Source: Peptococcales bacterium (lineage in GTDB: Bacteria > Bacillota > Peptococcia > Peptococcales > BICA1-8). Taken from it: a stretch of 55,084 bases of DNA. The DNA lies in contig JBMNUR010000001.1 of the NCBI GenBank assembly GCA_050946395.1, positions 1 through 55,084 on the forward strand. Reading direction: 5' to 3'. This document shows, piece after piece, positions 45,096 to 54,123 of this stretch. Position 1 is the stretch's first letter. Each line of letters opens with the position of its first letter. The position numbers and the translations under genes were made by a program. Under the pieces are notes generated by a model. The model was given only the letters and a program-made list of their open reading frames with translations, was not told the DNA's origin and searched no databases.

Positions 45096-46112
45096 TTACA
45101 TATAGCATAATCCTATCACCAAATTTTCCATTAGTTCTCCAGGGTCCCCTCCGCTAGATTTTAAGAGTACTTCCGTTTCCAAAAGCTTAGCAAAAGCTTT
45201 AACTAATTGTTCTCCTGAAAAACTTCTACCTTGACTTAATACTTTAGCTAATACAAAGGGCTGAATGGCAAGTTTCTCTCTAATTTGCCTTTCAGAAAAG
45301 CCTTGACTTACCATATCTTTAGCTGCAAAGATTAAGCGGTATTGGCGCACTAGGAGACTCAAGATCTTCATAGGTGATTCACCCATAATTAAACTCAGTT
45401 GCAAGAGTTCCAAAGCTTTTTTACCTTTTTTTTCGGCAATACTGTCTATCAGATTAAAAACATTTATTTCGCTGGTCTTAGTAACAATATCTTGAACCAT
45501 TGCAGAGGTTATTACGGTCGAATTTCCGGAATATAGTACTAACTTTTCCAGTTCATTTTGAAGAACTGCTAGACCCTCACTTGCTAATAAAGCTATTATA
45601 TGAAAAGCTTGAGGTTCAATTTTTTTACCCTTTTCTTTAAGAAAATGCTCTATCCACCGCCCTAGATTTTCACCTGTTAGGCTTGCAAACTCCACAGTCT
45701 GTCCTCTTTCTTCCACGGCTTTATAAATTTTCTTTCGCTTATCAGCTTTACCTAAAACTTTAAAAATTAAACAACAGCTAGTATTGGGATTTGTAAGATA
45801 CTTTAATAAAGGTGCTTCATTAAATTTGTTTTCACCACTTTTAGTTGCAGCAAAATATACCGCATTTTCTACAATCACGACTCTTTTTTCAGCCAAAACC
45901 GGCATAGTATTGGCTAAGTCAACAATTTGGGTAAGACTTACCTTTTCTCCGTCAACCTTATCAAAATTAAAAGCCTCAAGCTCGGAAGGCAAAACTTTTG
46001 CTTTTATTTTATCTACATAATCATCCATTAAAAGTTTTTCCGTTCCATAAAAAAGATAAACAGGAGCTAAAACGCCCCTATTTATACTCTTAAGTAAAGC
46101 TATATGTTCCAT
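45096..46112 (-). CDS. holA: DNA polymerase III delta subunit
   Basis: 338 aa. ...PVYLFYGTEKLLMDDYV... is typical of HolA, and it keeps the conserved position next to comEC and rpsT. Confidence 0.88.
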   Translation of the reverse strand: MEHIALLKSINRGVLAPVYLFYGTEKLLMDDYVDKIKAKVLPSELEAFNFDKVDGEKVSLTQIVDLANTMPVLAEKRVVIVENAVYFAATKSGENKFNEAPLLKYLTNPNTSCCLIFKVLGKADKRKKIYKAVEERGQTVEFASLTGENLGRWIEHFLKEKGKKIEPQAFHIIALLASEGLAVLQNELEKLVLYSGNSTVITSAMVQDIVTKTSEINVFNLIDSIAEKKGKKALELLQLSLIMGESPMKILSLLVRQYRLIFAAKDMVSQGFSERQIREKLAIQPFVLAKVLSQGRSFSGEQLVKAFAKLLETEVLLKSSGGDPGELMENLVIGLCYM

Positions 46113-46147
46113 CTACCAATCACTCCCAAATCGGCCTTACCATTTGT

Positions 46148-46196
46148 GCTATAGTACTGACAACTAGGACTATCGACTATTGACCATTGACTTAAT
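46148..46196. repeat. in-phase heptamer array in holA leader
   Basis: GCTATAG TACTGAC AACTAGG ACTATCG ACTATTG ACCATTG ACTTAAT. Confidence 0.7.
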
Positions 46197-47413
46197 TAAT
46201 AACGATAGTTGGTAATTCTCCTTGATGAACCAAAGATACGTGTTCTGCGTCTACGCTTTAAATATCTTCGGATAATCCTAACAAAAATTTGCAAGATAAA
46301 TAAACCAGCTAAAGTATTAATTGCTACCCGTACCCAATCAATAGGCTTTTTTACTTCCCCCTGTGATTTTACAGGAATTCTTTCTTTTTCTTCGCCATTT
46401 AAACTAATTATCAACTCACCCACAACTTTTTCTGCTTCAATAGGTAAAGATAAGTCACCAAGTACTAATCTTCTCTCTACATTTGTTTCTTCATTATTGT
46501 TGACTGCAATAGTAGCGGAGCGAGCCGGTATTAGATTGACCTCTTGATCGTTAGCTACCTTTAAAGTGGCAACTACTTCATCGTCCGTGGCAAGACTGAG
46601 ATTTTGAAAATTAGCGAAACCATATTCTAAGAGTGCCTTAGCATCATCCCAAATTCTTGCATCACTACTTCCTAAAATAACGGCAATAAGCTCTTGAGTA
46701 TTTTTTTGAGCGGACGCTGCCAAGGTATAACGGGCAGCACTAGTATAACCCGATTTTATCCCTGTACTTTCTTCCATCCGCCAGAGAAACTTATTGATAT
46801 TGATTAACCGAGTTTGCCATTCTTCACCTGCCCAGTCGTATACCTTTTCTTGAGCTAATTCACGAAATTTTGGATTTTCCATAGCATATCTACTAATTAA
46901 AGCCAAGTCATAAGCTGTAGAATAATGATTTTCCGCAGTAAGGCCATGAGGGTTCACAAAATTTGAGTTTTTAACACCTAGTTCCTTAGCTTTTTCATTC
47001 ATCATTTGGGCAAATTTTTCTTCGCTTCCCCCAATATGTTCGGCAATGGCCAAAGCTGCATCATTGGCAGAATGAATCATTGCAGCATTAAGTAATTTTT
47101 CTAATTCTATTTTTTCGCCTGCTCGGAGATAAACCTTGGTTCCTTCAACCAAAGGGACATTTTTGCTAATTGTCACCATATCTTGTAAATTGCCTTTTTC
47201 CAAGGCAATAATTGTTGTCAGTATTTTAGTTGTACTAGCCGGGTATAACTTTTCATCAATTTCCTTCCCATATAAAACCTGCCCGGTTTTGCCATCAATT
47301 AGTACAAAGGCTTTACCTTCTATATTTGGTGCTGCCCAAAGCTCAATGTTAGTACTAATTGTAAAAAATAACAGTACTAAAAATAATACTAAAAGTTTGC
47401 GCAAATTCATCAC
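46196..47413 (-). CDS. D-alanyl-D-alanine carboxypeptidase (PBP5/S11 family)
   Basis: 405 aa with a signal peptide, ASTTK (SxxK), SAND (SxN) and KSGYT (KTG-like) motifs, and a C-terminal TM anchor. Confidence 0.88.
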   Translation of the reverse strand: MMNLRKLLVLFLVLLFFTISTNIELWAAPNIEGKAFVLIDGKTGQVLYGKEIDEKLYPASTTKILTTIIALEKGNLQDMVTISKNVPLVEGTKVYLRAGEKIELEKLLNAAMIHSANDAALAIAEHIGGSEEKFAQMMNEKAKELGVKNSNFVNPHGLTAENHYSTAYDLALISRYAMENPKFRELAQEKVYDWAGEEWQTRLININKFLWRMEESTGIKSGYTSAARYTLAASAQKNTQELIAVILGSSDARIWDDAKALLEYGFANFQNLSLATDDEVVATLKVANDQEVNLIPARSATIAVNNNEETNVERRLVLGDLSLPIEAEKVVGELIISLNGEEKERIPVKSQGEVKKPIDWVRVAINTLAGLFILQIFVRIIRRYLKRRRRTRIFGSSRRITNYRY

Positions 47414-47555
47414 CTCATGAAGCTACTAATGTTTTCAACATTATAACATAATCCTTTCCTATATTGATTAAGTAGTTTTTGTAAGAAAAGAAACAGTATA
47501 ACATTAGGTTTACTTTGGGGTCAGGTCGATGGTCAATAGATAAGACTTTTCCTAA

Positions 47556-49841
47556 TCAAGGAAGCATTGTTCTCACCTTAAGCTTTTTCCCATCAGTAGA
47601 GAAAATAACTGCACCCTGTTGATCTGTCCGATAAATTTTTATTTTTTCTTCCTCTAATCCCCCCAATACTTCCACATGGGGATGGCCATAGCGATTAGCT
47701 CTTCCGGCAGAAATAACTGCCACTTGAGGTTTTATTTCCTTATATATCTTTGCTGTATAAGAGCCTCTACTCCCATGATGAGGGATTTTTATTACTTCTA
47801 TTTTTCGATCTAAAGGTAACACTTGTTCTATTATTTCCTTATCAACATCACCGGTAAATAAGAAATCCTGTTGGCCATAAGAACAATTAACGATTAATGA
47901 TGCATTATTAGTATCCAAGAATTTAACATCCTTGACATCCGGATGAAGAACCTGAAAGGTTACTTCCGGACGAAGCTTTAAAACTAGGCCATCTCCTCCC
48001 TCTATTATCTTTGTCCTTCTTTTTTGAGCCATGAGTTTTAATTCTTCTAATTCTTGACTCCCACTAACATCAGGAGGAATCAGCAAAGTTTCTACTTTAA
48101 AATCCTTGAATACCTGATAGAGCCCATTAATATGATCAGCATCTGGGTGAGAAAGAATCACCAAAGCCACCTTATTTGCGCCTTGATAGCGGAGATATTG
48201 ACTTATGGTGGTAGTCCCCGGCCCCCCATCAATAACTACAAATTGATTGCGAGGAGTTTTTAGAACTGCTCCGTCACCTTGTCCCACATCAAGGAAGGCT
48301 ACTTCTAAGTACATAGACCTGGGTATCATACCTAAGAAAAGGAAAATTACCAAGGCGATAATACCTAAAAATTTTACTTTTTTCTTTTCCCGTAAACCTA
48401 TCAAAACAAGATAATAAAAAGCAATAAATATTAAAGGCGGTCGAGCTAGATAAATGTGACCATCGGTAAAAAGGTAAGTAAAATAATCAATAAAAGCTGC
48501 TAAAATATAGGCTATTCCTCCAGCAAGGAAAATAAACGGTTGAGCAATCGTTATCCAGATAAAGGCTAAAAAAAGTGAAATAAATAAAAGTGGTACAAGA
48601 ATGGAGACTATTGGTACAACAAACAAATTCATTAAAGGTGCTAAAAGGGAAAGAGTGTTAAAGTGGTATAATGTTATGGGTATTGAAGCCATTTGGGCTG
48701 CAATTGGCACTGCTAAAACTCGGGCAATTTTATCCGGTAAAAAGCTGAACATTTTTTGGGCTAAAGGAAAAAAGAAAAATAAGCCCCAAGTAGTAATGAA
48801 AGATAACTGAAAACCAATTGTAAAGATACTCAAGGGGTCGGAAAAAATAATTATAAAAGCAGTTGCAGCTAAAATAGTATAAAAATCCTTAAATTTAAGC
48901 CACTTAACTGCCAGTAGTCCTAAAAGTCCCATAATAGATGCTCTAACGACTGAAGGGGTAAAACTAACTAGCAAGCTATAACTTCCTAATAAAAAGACAG
49001 CTCCGATAATTATAGGAGTATGGGAAAACTTTAGTAACCTCGCCACCCCTAGATAAAAAGCCAAAACTACTCCTACATGTAATCCAGAAACTGCAAAAAC
49101 ATGAGCAATACCCATCTTTTGAGCAGTGGAATAAAAATCAGCATCTATCGCTTTTTTATCCCCCAAAAGTAACCCTAGGAGCATTCCGGCTTCTTCATTA
49201 GCTAAGGTAGTATTAATTAACTGGTAAATTTCTTCCCGAGCTAATACCGTATATTTATGTATTCCTTGGGCCTTTTTAATTATTTGGCCTTCTTTAGTGG
49301 CACTAAGTTTATAACCTATGCCCTTTTGCCGCCAATAGTTCTCCTCAGAAAAACCACCGGGATTAACCTGGGGTAGTGGTTTTTCCAGTTTGCCAGCAAA
49401 TTCTAACTTATCCCCCCACCGATAGGCATTCTCATCTTTCCAGAGAGTATTGACTACAACCTTGTTTCCGGTTTTTAAAGTCACTCCATTGATATTTGTT
49501 ATCTTTAAAATAACCTGGTTGTCCCGGGGAGTGATATCTGCCACTTGCCCTACAACCTTAATGTTATACCCATACCAATCTTCTAAAGAATATAAATTTC
49601 TTTCATTCCAGTCAATCCAAGTAAAACCTACTAAAAATAAAACAAAGACTATAAGCCCACTGCTAGTGTTTTCTCGGAAAATATATATGAATACTAATAG
49701 AATAAAAAGGATTAGCAGGGCAAAAATAGACCACAAATAATAGATATCAGTAAAATATCCAGCAATTATTCCTAAAATTAATAAAATAGAAGCCCAGAGC
49801 AATTTTCTAGAAAGATTCCAGTTCTCTTTGAAATTACCCAT
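47556..49841 (-). CDS. comEC: DNA internalization competence protein ComEC/Rec2
   Basis: 761 aa with a polytopic competence domain and a C-terminal metallo-beta-lactamase domain (LSHPDADHINGL). Confidence 0.9.
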   Translation of the reverse strand: MGNFKENWNLSRKLLWASILLILGIIAGYFTDIYYLWSIFALLILFILLVFIYIFRENTSSGLIVFVLFLVGFTWIDWNERNLYSLEDWYGYNIKVVGQVADITPRDNQVILKITNINGVTLKTGNKVVVNTLWKDENAYRWGDKLEFAGKLEKPLPQVNPGGFSEENYWRQKGIGYKLSATKEGQIIKKAQGIHKYTVLAREEIYQLINTTLANEEAGMLLGLLLGDKKAIDADFYSTAQKMGIAHVFAVSGLHVGVVLAFYLGVARLLKFSHTPIIIGAVFLLGSYSLLVSFTPSVVRASIMGLLGLLAVKWLKFKDFYTILAATAFIIIFSDPLSIFTIGFQLSFITTWGLFFFFPLAQKMFSFLPDKIARVLAVPIAAQMASIPITLYHFNTLSLLAPLMNLFVVPIVSILVPLLFISLFLAFIWITIAQPFIFLAGGIAYILAAFIDYFTYLFTDGHIYLARPPLIFIAFYYLVLIGLREKKKVKFLGIIALVIFLFLGMIPRSMYLEVAFLDVGQGDGAVLKTPRNQFVVIDGGPGTTTISQYLRYQGANKVALVILSHPDADHINGLYQVFKDFKVETLLIPPDVSGSQELEELKLMAQKRRTKIIEGGDGLVLKLRPEVTFQVLHPDVKDVKFLDTNNASLIVNCSYGQQDFLFTGDVDKEIIEQVLPLDRKIEVIKIPHHGSRGSYTAKIYKEIKPQVAVISAGRANRYGHPHVEVLGGLEEEKIKIYRTDQQGAVIFSTDGKKLKVRTMLP

Positions 49842-49890
49842 TTTCCCCTCTAAGACTACTTAAATACATTACCACTTACTACGTTGTTTG

Positions 49891-49919
49891 TTGACAAAAT
49901 TCCTGCATTTTCGAATATT
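49891..49919 (+). promoter_or_regulatory. candidate sigma-A promoter of the hyd maturation operon
   Basis: TTGACA (49891-49896), 17 nt spacer, AATATT (49914-49919). Confidence 0.4.
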
Positions 49920-50085
49920 TAATTCAAAACGCTTGCTATTATTTGTACTTTCACATATAGTTTAATTAATACCTAACTTACCGGGCTTTTCTGGTAAAAG
50001 GGTAAGTAAAAAATCTTCATACCTTTATCCAAGGGTCCAACCTGAGGAATAGGATGGGTAAAAATTTTGTTATGTAGTTTTTGCT

Positions 50086-50124
50086 ACCCGTATTGTGCCT
50101 ATTTTCAGGTGCCTACGGGTTTTT
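50086..50124 (+). terminator. leader terminator/attenuator upstream of the hyd operon
   Basis: ACCCGUA-uu-GUGCC-uauuuuca-GGUGC-c-UACGGGU followed by UUUUU. The inner stem needs G-U pairs, so it is plus-strand specific. It ends 9 nt before the AGGGAGG SD. Confidence 0.5.
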
Positions 50125-50147
50125 AATTTTCTAGGGAGGTAATTAAT

Positions 50148-50405
50148 TTGGCAAAAAGGATTGGTGTTGTAGGCATCGTTGTGGAAGATAAGGAAAATGT
50201 TCATCGCCTTAACGGAATTCTAAGTGAATATGCAGATATTATCATAGGTCGAATGGGGGTTCCAAGACACGGCTCAGTTAATGTTATTGCTCTTATAGTG
50301 GAGGGAAGCAATGATGAAGTAGGTGCTCTTACCGGAAAATTAGGAAGCCTTAAAGGAATTAAGGTTCGTTCAGCATTAACTAACTATGTGACCGGGGAGG
50401 TTTAA
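50148..50405 (+). CDS. TM1266-like ACT/NikR-C-like small protein (putative iron-only hydrogenase system regulator family)
   Basis: 85 aa. TTG start lies 7 nt after AGGGAGGT. The sequence is IGVVGIVVEDKENVHRLNGILSEY...IIGRMGVP.... It sits directly upstream of hydE/G/F, as is typical for this family. Confidence 0.7.
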   Translation: MAKRIGVVGIVVEDKENVHRLNGILSEYADIIIGRMGVPRHGSVNVIALIVEGSNDEVGALTGKLGSLKGIKVRSALTNYVTGEV

Positions 50406-50406
50406 A

Positions 50407-51456
50407 ATGACTTTGGATTTTTTAACAGCTCTGGAAAAAGCCCGAAATACTACCGAATTAAATAAAAATGAGATTATAAACCTTTTAAAAGCAAACCCGG
50501 AAGAAAGTAAGTTGTTATTTCAACTTGCTGATAAAAAAAGGGCAGAGTACATAGGTAATACCGTTCATCTAAGAGGTATAATTGAACTTTCTAATTATTG
50601 CCGGCAAAACTGCCATTATTGTGGTCTGCGTTTTGAAAATAAAAAACTTAACCGGTATAGGTTAAGTTATGATGAAATTTATGATGCCGCCGAAAAAGCT
50701 ATCCAACTTGGTTATAGAACTCTGGTTTTACAGTCCGGAGAGGATAAACATTACTCGCCCATAAAAATAGCTGAATTAGTAATGGCTCTTAAAAAACTAG
50801 ATGTGGCCATAACTCTTTCCTTAGGGGAACATACTTATGAAACTTACCAACTCTGGCGGGAGGCAGGAGCAGATCGTTATTTAATTAAGCATGAAACATC
50901 TAATCCTGAACTATTTCAAAAAATACGCCCGGGCAAAACCCTGGAAGAAAGACTTAAGTGTCAAAGTTGGTTAAAGGAATTAGGTTACCAACTAGGTTCA
51001 GGCTGTATGGTTGGCTTGCCCGGTCAAAACCTAGATATACTTGCCGATGATCTTCTTTTACTCAAAAAAATGGATGTTGAAATGGCAGGCATAGGGCCTT
51101 TTATTCCCCATCCTAATACTCCCCTGGCGGGCAGCAGAGAGGGTTCAGTAGAAATGACCCTAAAAATGGTAGCAATAGCCCGGATTATTATGCCTTTTAT
51201 TCATCTTCCTTCTACTACTGCCTTAAGTACTATCCATCCTTTCGGTAGAGAACTAGCTTTACAAAGTGGAGCTAATGTAGTTATGCCTAATGTAAGCCCT
51301 AATCAATACCGTAAGTTTTATGAAATTTATCCTAACAAAATTTGTACTAAGGATAGCTCTGACTACAGTAACATAATTAAGAAAATTCAGGTTCTAGGCC
51401 GAACTATCGGTACCGACTATGGACACAGTCCCAAACTAAAGGAGGCTTTAAATTGA
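50407..51456 (+). CDS. hydE: [FeFe]-hydrogenase H-cluster radical SAM maturase HydE
   Basis: 349 aa with CRQNCHYC (CX3CX2C) and a biotin-synthase-like fold. Operon context supports the call. Confidence 0.88.
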   Translation: MTLDFLTALEKARNTTELNKNEIINLLKANPEESKLLFQLADKKRAEYIGNTVHLRGIIELSNYCRQNCHYCGLRFENKKLNRYRLSYDEIYDAAEKAIQLGYRTLVLQSGEDKHYSPIKIAELVMALKKLDVAITLSLGEHTYETYQLWREAGADRYLIKHETSNPELFQKIRPGKTLEERLKCQSWLKELGYQLGSGCMVGLPGQNLDILADDLLLLKKMDVEMAGIGPFIPHPNTPLAGSREGSVEMTLKMVAIARIIMPFIHLPSTTALSTIHPFGRELALQSGANVVMPNVSPNQYRKFYEIYPNKICTKDSSDYSNIIKKIQVLGRTIGTDYGHSPKLKEALN

Positions 51457-52871
51457 AAACTGTTGATTTTATCAATGCCCAAAGGATTCGTAACGATTTG
51501 GAGAAAGCAAAAAGTTCATCTTTAAAAGAGGCAAAGCAAGTTCTCGAAAAGGCCAAGGAAGCTAAAGGATTGACTCCACTGGAGACAGCAATCCTGCTGG
51601 AAGGAGCCAACTCCGATATTAACTTAAGAAACGAAATATTTAAAACCGCTCGAGAAATTAAAGAAAAAATTTATGGTAAACGAATAGTGATTTTTGCACC
51701 ACTTTATTTAAGTAATTATTGTGTTAATAACTGTGTCTACTGTGGCTATCGTCGAGATAATGACATTTGCCGCCGTAAGTTAACCACAGAAGAAATACAA
51801 GAAGAAGTCAAGATTTTAGAAAAAATGGGACATAAGCGATTAGCTCTCGAAGCTGGCGAAGACCTGGTTAACTGTCCCTTAGATTATATCCTGGAATCAA
51901 TCAAGGTCATCTATGATACTAGCGAAGAAATGGGCTCTATCCGTAGAGTAAATGTAAACATAGCTGCCACAACAGTAGAAGACTATCAAAAATTAAAGGC
52001 CGCAGGTATTGGTACCTATATATTATTTCAGGAAACTTATCATCAAGAAACTTATGCTAAAATGCACCCCTCTGGTCCTAAAGCTTCGTACTACTACCAT
52101 ACTACCGCCATGGACAGAGCCATGGAAGCCGGCATCGATGATGTAGGTTTTGGGGTCCTTTTTGGTCTTTATGACTATAAATTTGAGATTTTAAGTTTAC
52201 TTTATCACGCTCTCCACTTAGAAGAAGTTTTTGGAGTAGGTCCCCATACTATTTCAGTTCCCAGGCTAAGACCTGCCCAAGGGGTGAATTTAGACACTTT
52301 TCCTTATTTAGTTAACGATGATGAATTTAAACTAATAGTAGCTCTTTTGCGGTTAGCCGTACCTTATACAGGTATCATCCTTTCTACCCGGGAAGATCAA
52401 AACTTCAGGGATGAAGTAATCTCCTTAGGGGTCTCCCAAATAAGTGCCGGTTCTTGTACGGGAGTAGGTGCTTATAAGAAAGAACTGGAAATGCAAAATC
52501 AAAATCCTGAGAAAAAGGAAAATACCGCTCAATTTGAGGTAGGTGATCATAGAACACCTGATGAAATTTTAGCTAATTTGTGCAATTCCGGTTATTTGCC
52601 TAGCTACTGTACCGCTTGTTATCGCCAAGGGCGTACTGGGGACCGTTTTATGCAGTTAGCCAAAACAGGGGAAATCGGAAACGTCTGTCAACCCAATGCA
52701 ATCTTAACTTTTCAAGAATATTTATTAGATTATGCTTCCACGGAAACAAGAAAAATAGGTGAAAAGGCAATAGCACAATTTTTAGATGAGATTTCTAATG
52801 AAAAGATTAGAGATTTAACCATAAAAGAATTAGAAAAAATCCGGCAAGGTCAACGTGATTTATACTTTTAG
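51453..52871 (+). CDS. hydG: [FeFe]-hydrogenase H-cluster radical SAM maturase HydG
   Basis: 472 aa with CVNNCVYCGY and a C-terminal Cys cluster (CTACYRQGRTGDRF). TTG start follows AAGGAGG. Confidence 0.9.
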   Translation: MKTVDFINAQRIRNDLEKAKSSSLKEAKQVLEKAKEAKGLTPLETAILLEGANSDINLRNEIFKTAREIKEKIYGKRIVIFAPLYLSNYCVNNCVYCGYRRDNDICRRKLTTEEIQEEVKILEKMGHKRLALEAGEDLVNCPLDYILESIKVIYDTSEEMGSIRRVNVNIAATTVEDYQKLKAAGIGTYILFQETYHQETYAKMHPSGPKASYYYHTTAMDRAMEAGIDDVGFGVLFGLYDYKFEILSLLYHALHLEEVFGVGPHTISVPRLRPAQGVNLDTFPYLVNDDEFKLIVALLRLAVPYTGIILSTREDQNFRDEVISLGVSQISAGSCTGVGAYKKELEMQNQNPEKKENTAQFEVGDHRTPDEILANLCNSGYLPSYCTACYRQGRTGDRFMQLAKTGEIGNVCQPNAILTFQEYLLDYASTETRKIGEKAIAQFLDEISNEKIRDLTIKELEKIRQGQRDLYF

Positions 52872-52882
52872 AGGTGGTAAAA

Positions 52883-54091
52883 ATGAAGGATACTCCTAGC
52901 GGTTCTCGGATTCATATAGCCCTATTCGGCCGGAAAAACGCCGGCAAATCAAGTTTAATAAATGCCTTAACAAACCAGAAGATAGCCTTAGTCTCGCCTA
53001 TAGGAGGAACTACTACTGATCCAGTCTACAAAGCTATGGAGATTTTACCTATTGGGCCGGTCATGTTAATCGATACAGCAGGAATTGATGATGATGGACA
53101 ATTAGGTACAATGCGAGTAGAAAAAACCCTGGAAGTTTTAGATAAAACTGACATAGCCCTATTAGTTGTGGACCCTTTCCAAGGATTTGGTTACTATGAA
53201 GATAAAATTATTAAACTTTGTACTGAAAAATCAATAACTATATTAATTGTCTTTACTAAAAGTGATTTAGTCACTAAGGAAAGAAAAGATAAGTTAAAAA
53301 AAATATATGAAGATAAATACAATCATCCCTACTTCTGGGTAAACTCCCCAACCAAAGAAGGTATTAAGGTACTTACGGAAAAATTAGGTCAATCAAAACA
53401 AAATGAGGATCTTCCCCTATCTATTGTAGGTGATTTATTAATGACTGGGGATCTCGTGATCTTAGTGACACCTATTGACTCTTCTGCTCCCAAAGGCAGG
53501 CTTATTTTACCCCAAGTGCAAACTATCCGGGATATTCTTGACCATCACTGCCTAAGTATTGTTTGCCGAGAGCAAGAATTAACTACGGCACTAGAGTCCT
53601 TAAAAGAGCCTCCTAAGCTAATTGTTACAGATTCTCAAGTTTTTCACAAGGTTGCTCAAGATACACCTGCCCATATACCTTTAACTTCTTTTTCAATCTT
53701 AATGGCTAGATTCAAAGGTGACCTAAAAATTTTAGCCCAAGGGGCAAAAACAATAGATAATCTTAAACCTAATGATAAAGTTTTAATCGCAGAAGCATGT
53801 ACACACCATCAACAGGCAGATGATATAGGAAAAGTAAAAATTCCCCGCTTGCTCCAAAAAAAAATAGGCGGCGAATTAAGCATCGACTTTTCTAATGGCT
53901 TTAGTTTTCCAAGTAATTTAGATGAATATAAGTTAGTTGTCCACTGTGGTGGGTGTATGCTTAACAGAAAAAATATGCTTAATAGGATTAACGCTGTGGA
54001 AAAAGTTAGGGTACCAATTACCAACTACGGTGTTTTAATTGCTCATATTCACGGTATTCTACCCAGAGCTCTAGCCCCCTTCGGAATCTAA
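52883..54091 (+). CDS. hydF: [FeFe]-hydrogenase maturation GTPase HydF
   Basis: ORF 52874-54091. I place the start at ATG 52883, 5 nt after GAGGTGG. It has GRKNAGKSS and DTAG motifs and C-terminal CTHH...HCGGC cluster ligands. Confidence 0.9.
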   Translation: MKDTPSGSRIHIALFGRKNAGKSSLINALTNQKIALVSPIGGTTTDPVYKAMEILPIGPVMLIDTAGIDDDGQLGTMRVEKTLEVLDKTDIALLVVDPFQGFGYYEDKIIKLCTEKSITILIVFTKSDLVTKERKDKLKKIYEDKYNHPYFWVNSPTKEGIKVLTEKLGQSKQNEDLPLSIVGDLLMTGDLVILVTPIDSSAPKGRLILPQVQTIRDILDHHCLSIVCREQELTTALESLKEPPKLIVTDSQVFHKVAQDTPAHIPLTSFSILMARFKGDLKILAQGAKTIDNLKPNDKVLIAEACTHHQQADDIGKVKIPRLLQKKIGGELSIDFSNGFSFPSNLDEYKLVVHCGGCMLNRKNMLNRINAVEKVRVPITNYGVLIAHIHGILPRALAPFGI

Positions 54092-54123
54092 AAAAGCAAG
54101 TGGCTGTTACCACTTGCTTTTTT
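54091..54123. terminator. bidirectional intrinsic terminator
   Basis: AAAAAGCAAGTGG-ctgtta-CCACTTGCTTTTTT lies between convergent hydF and the 54122 ORF. Confidence 0.85.
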
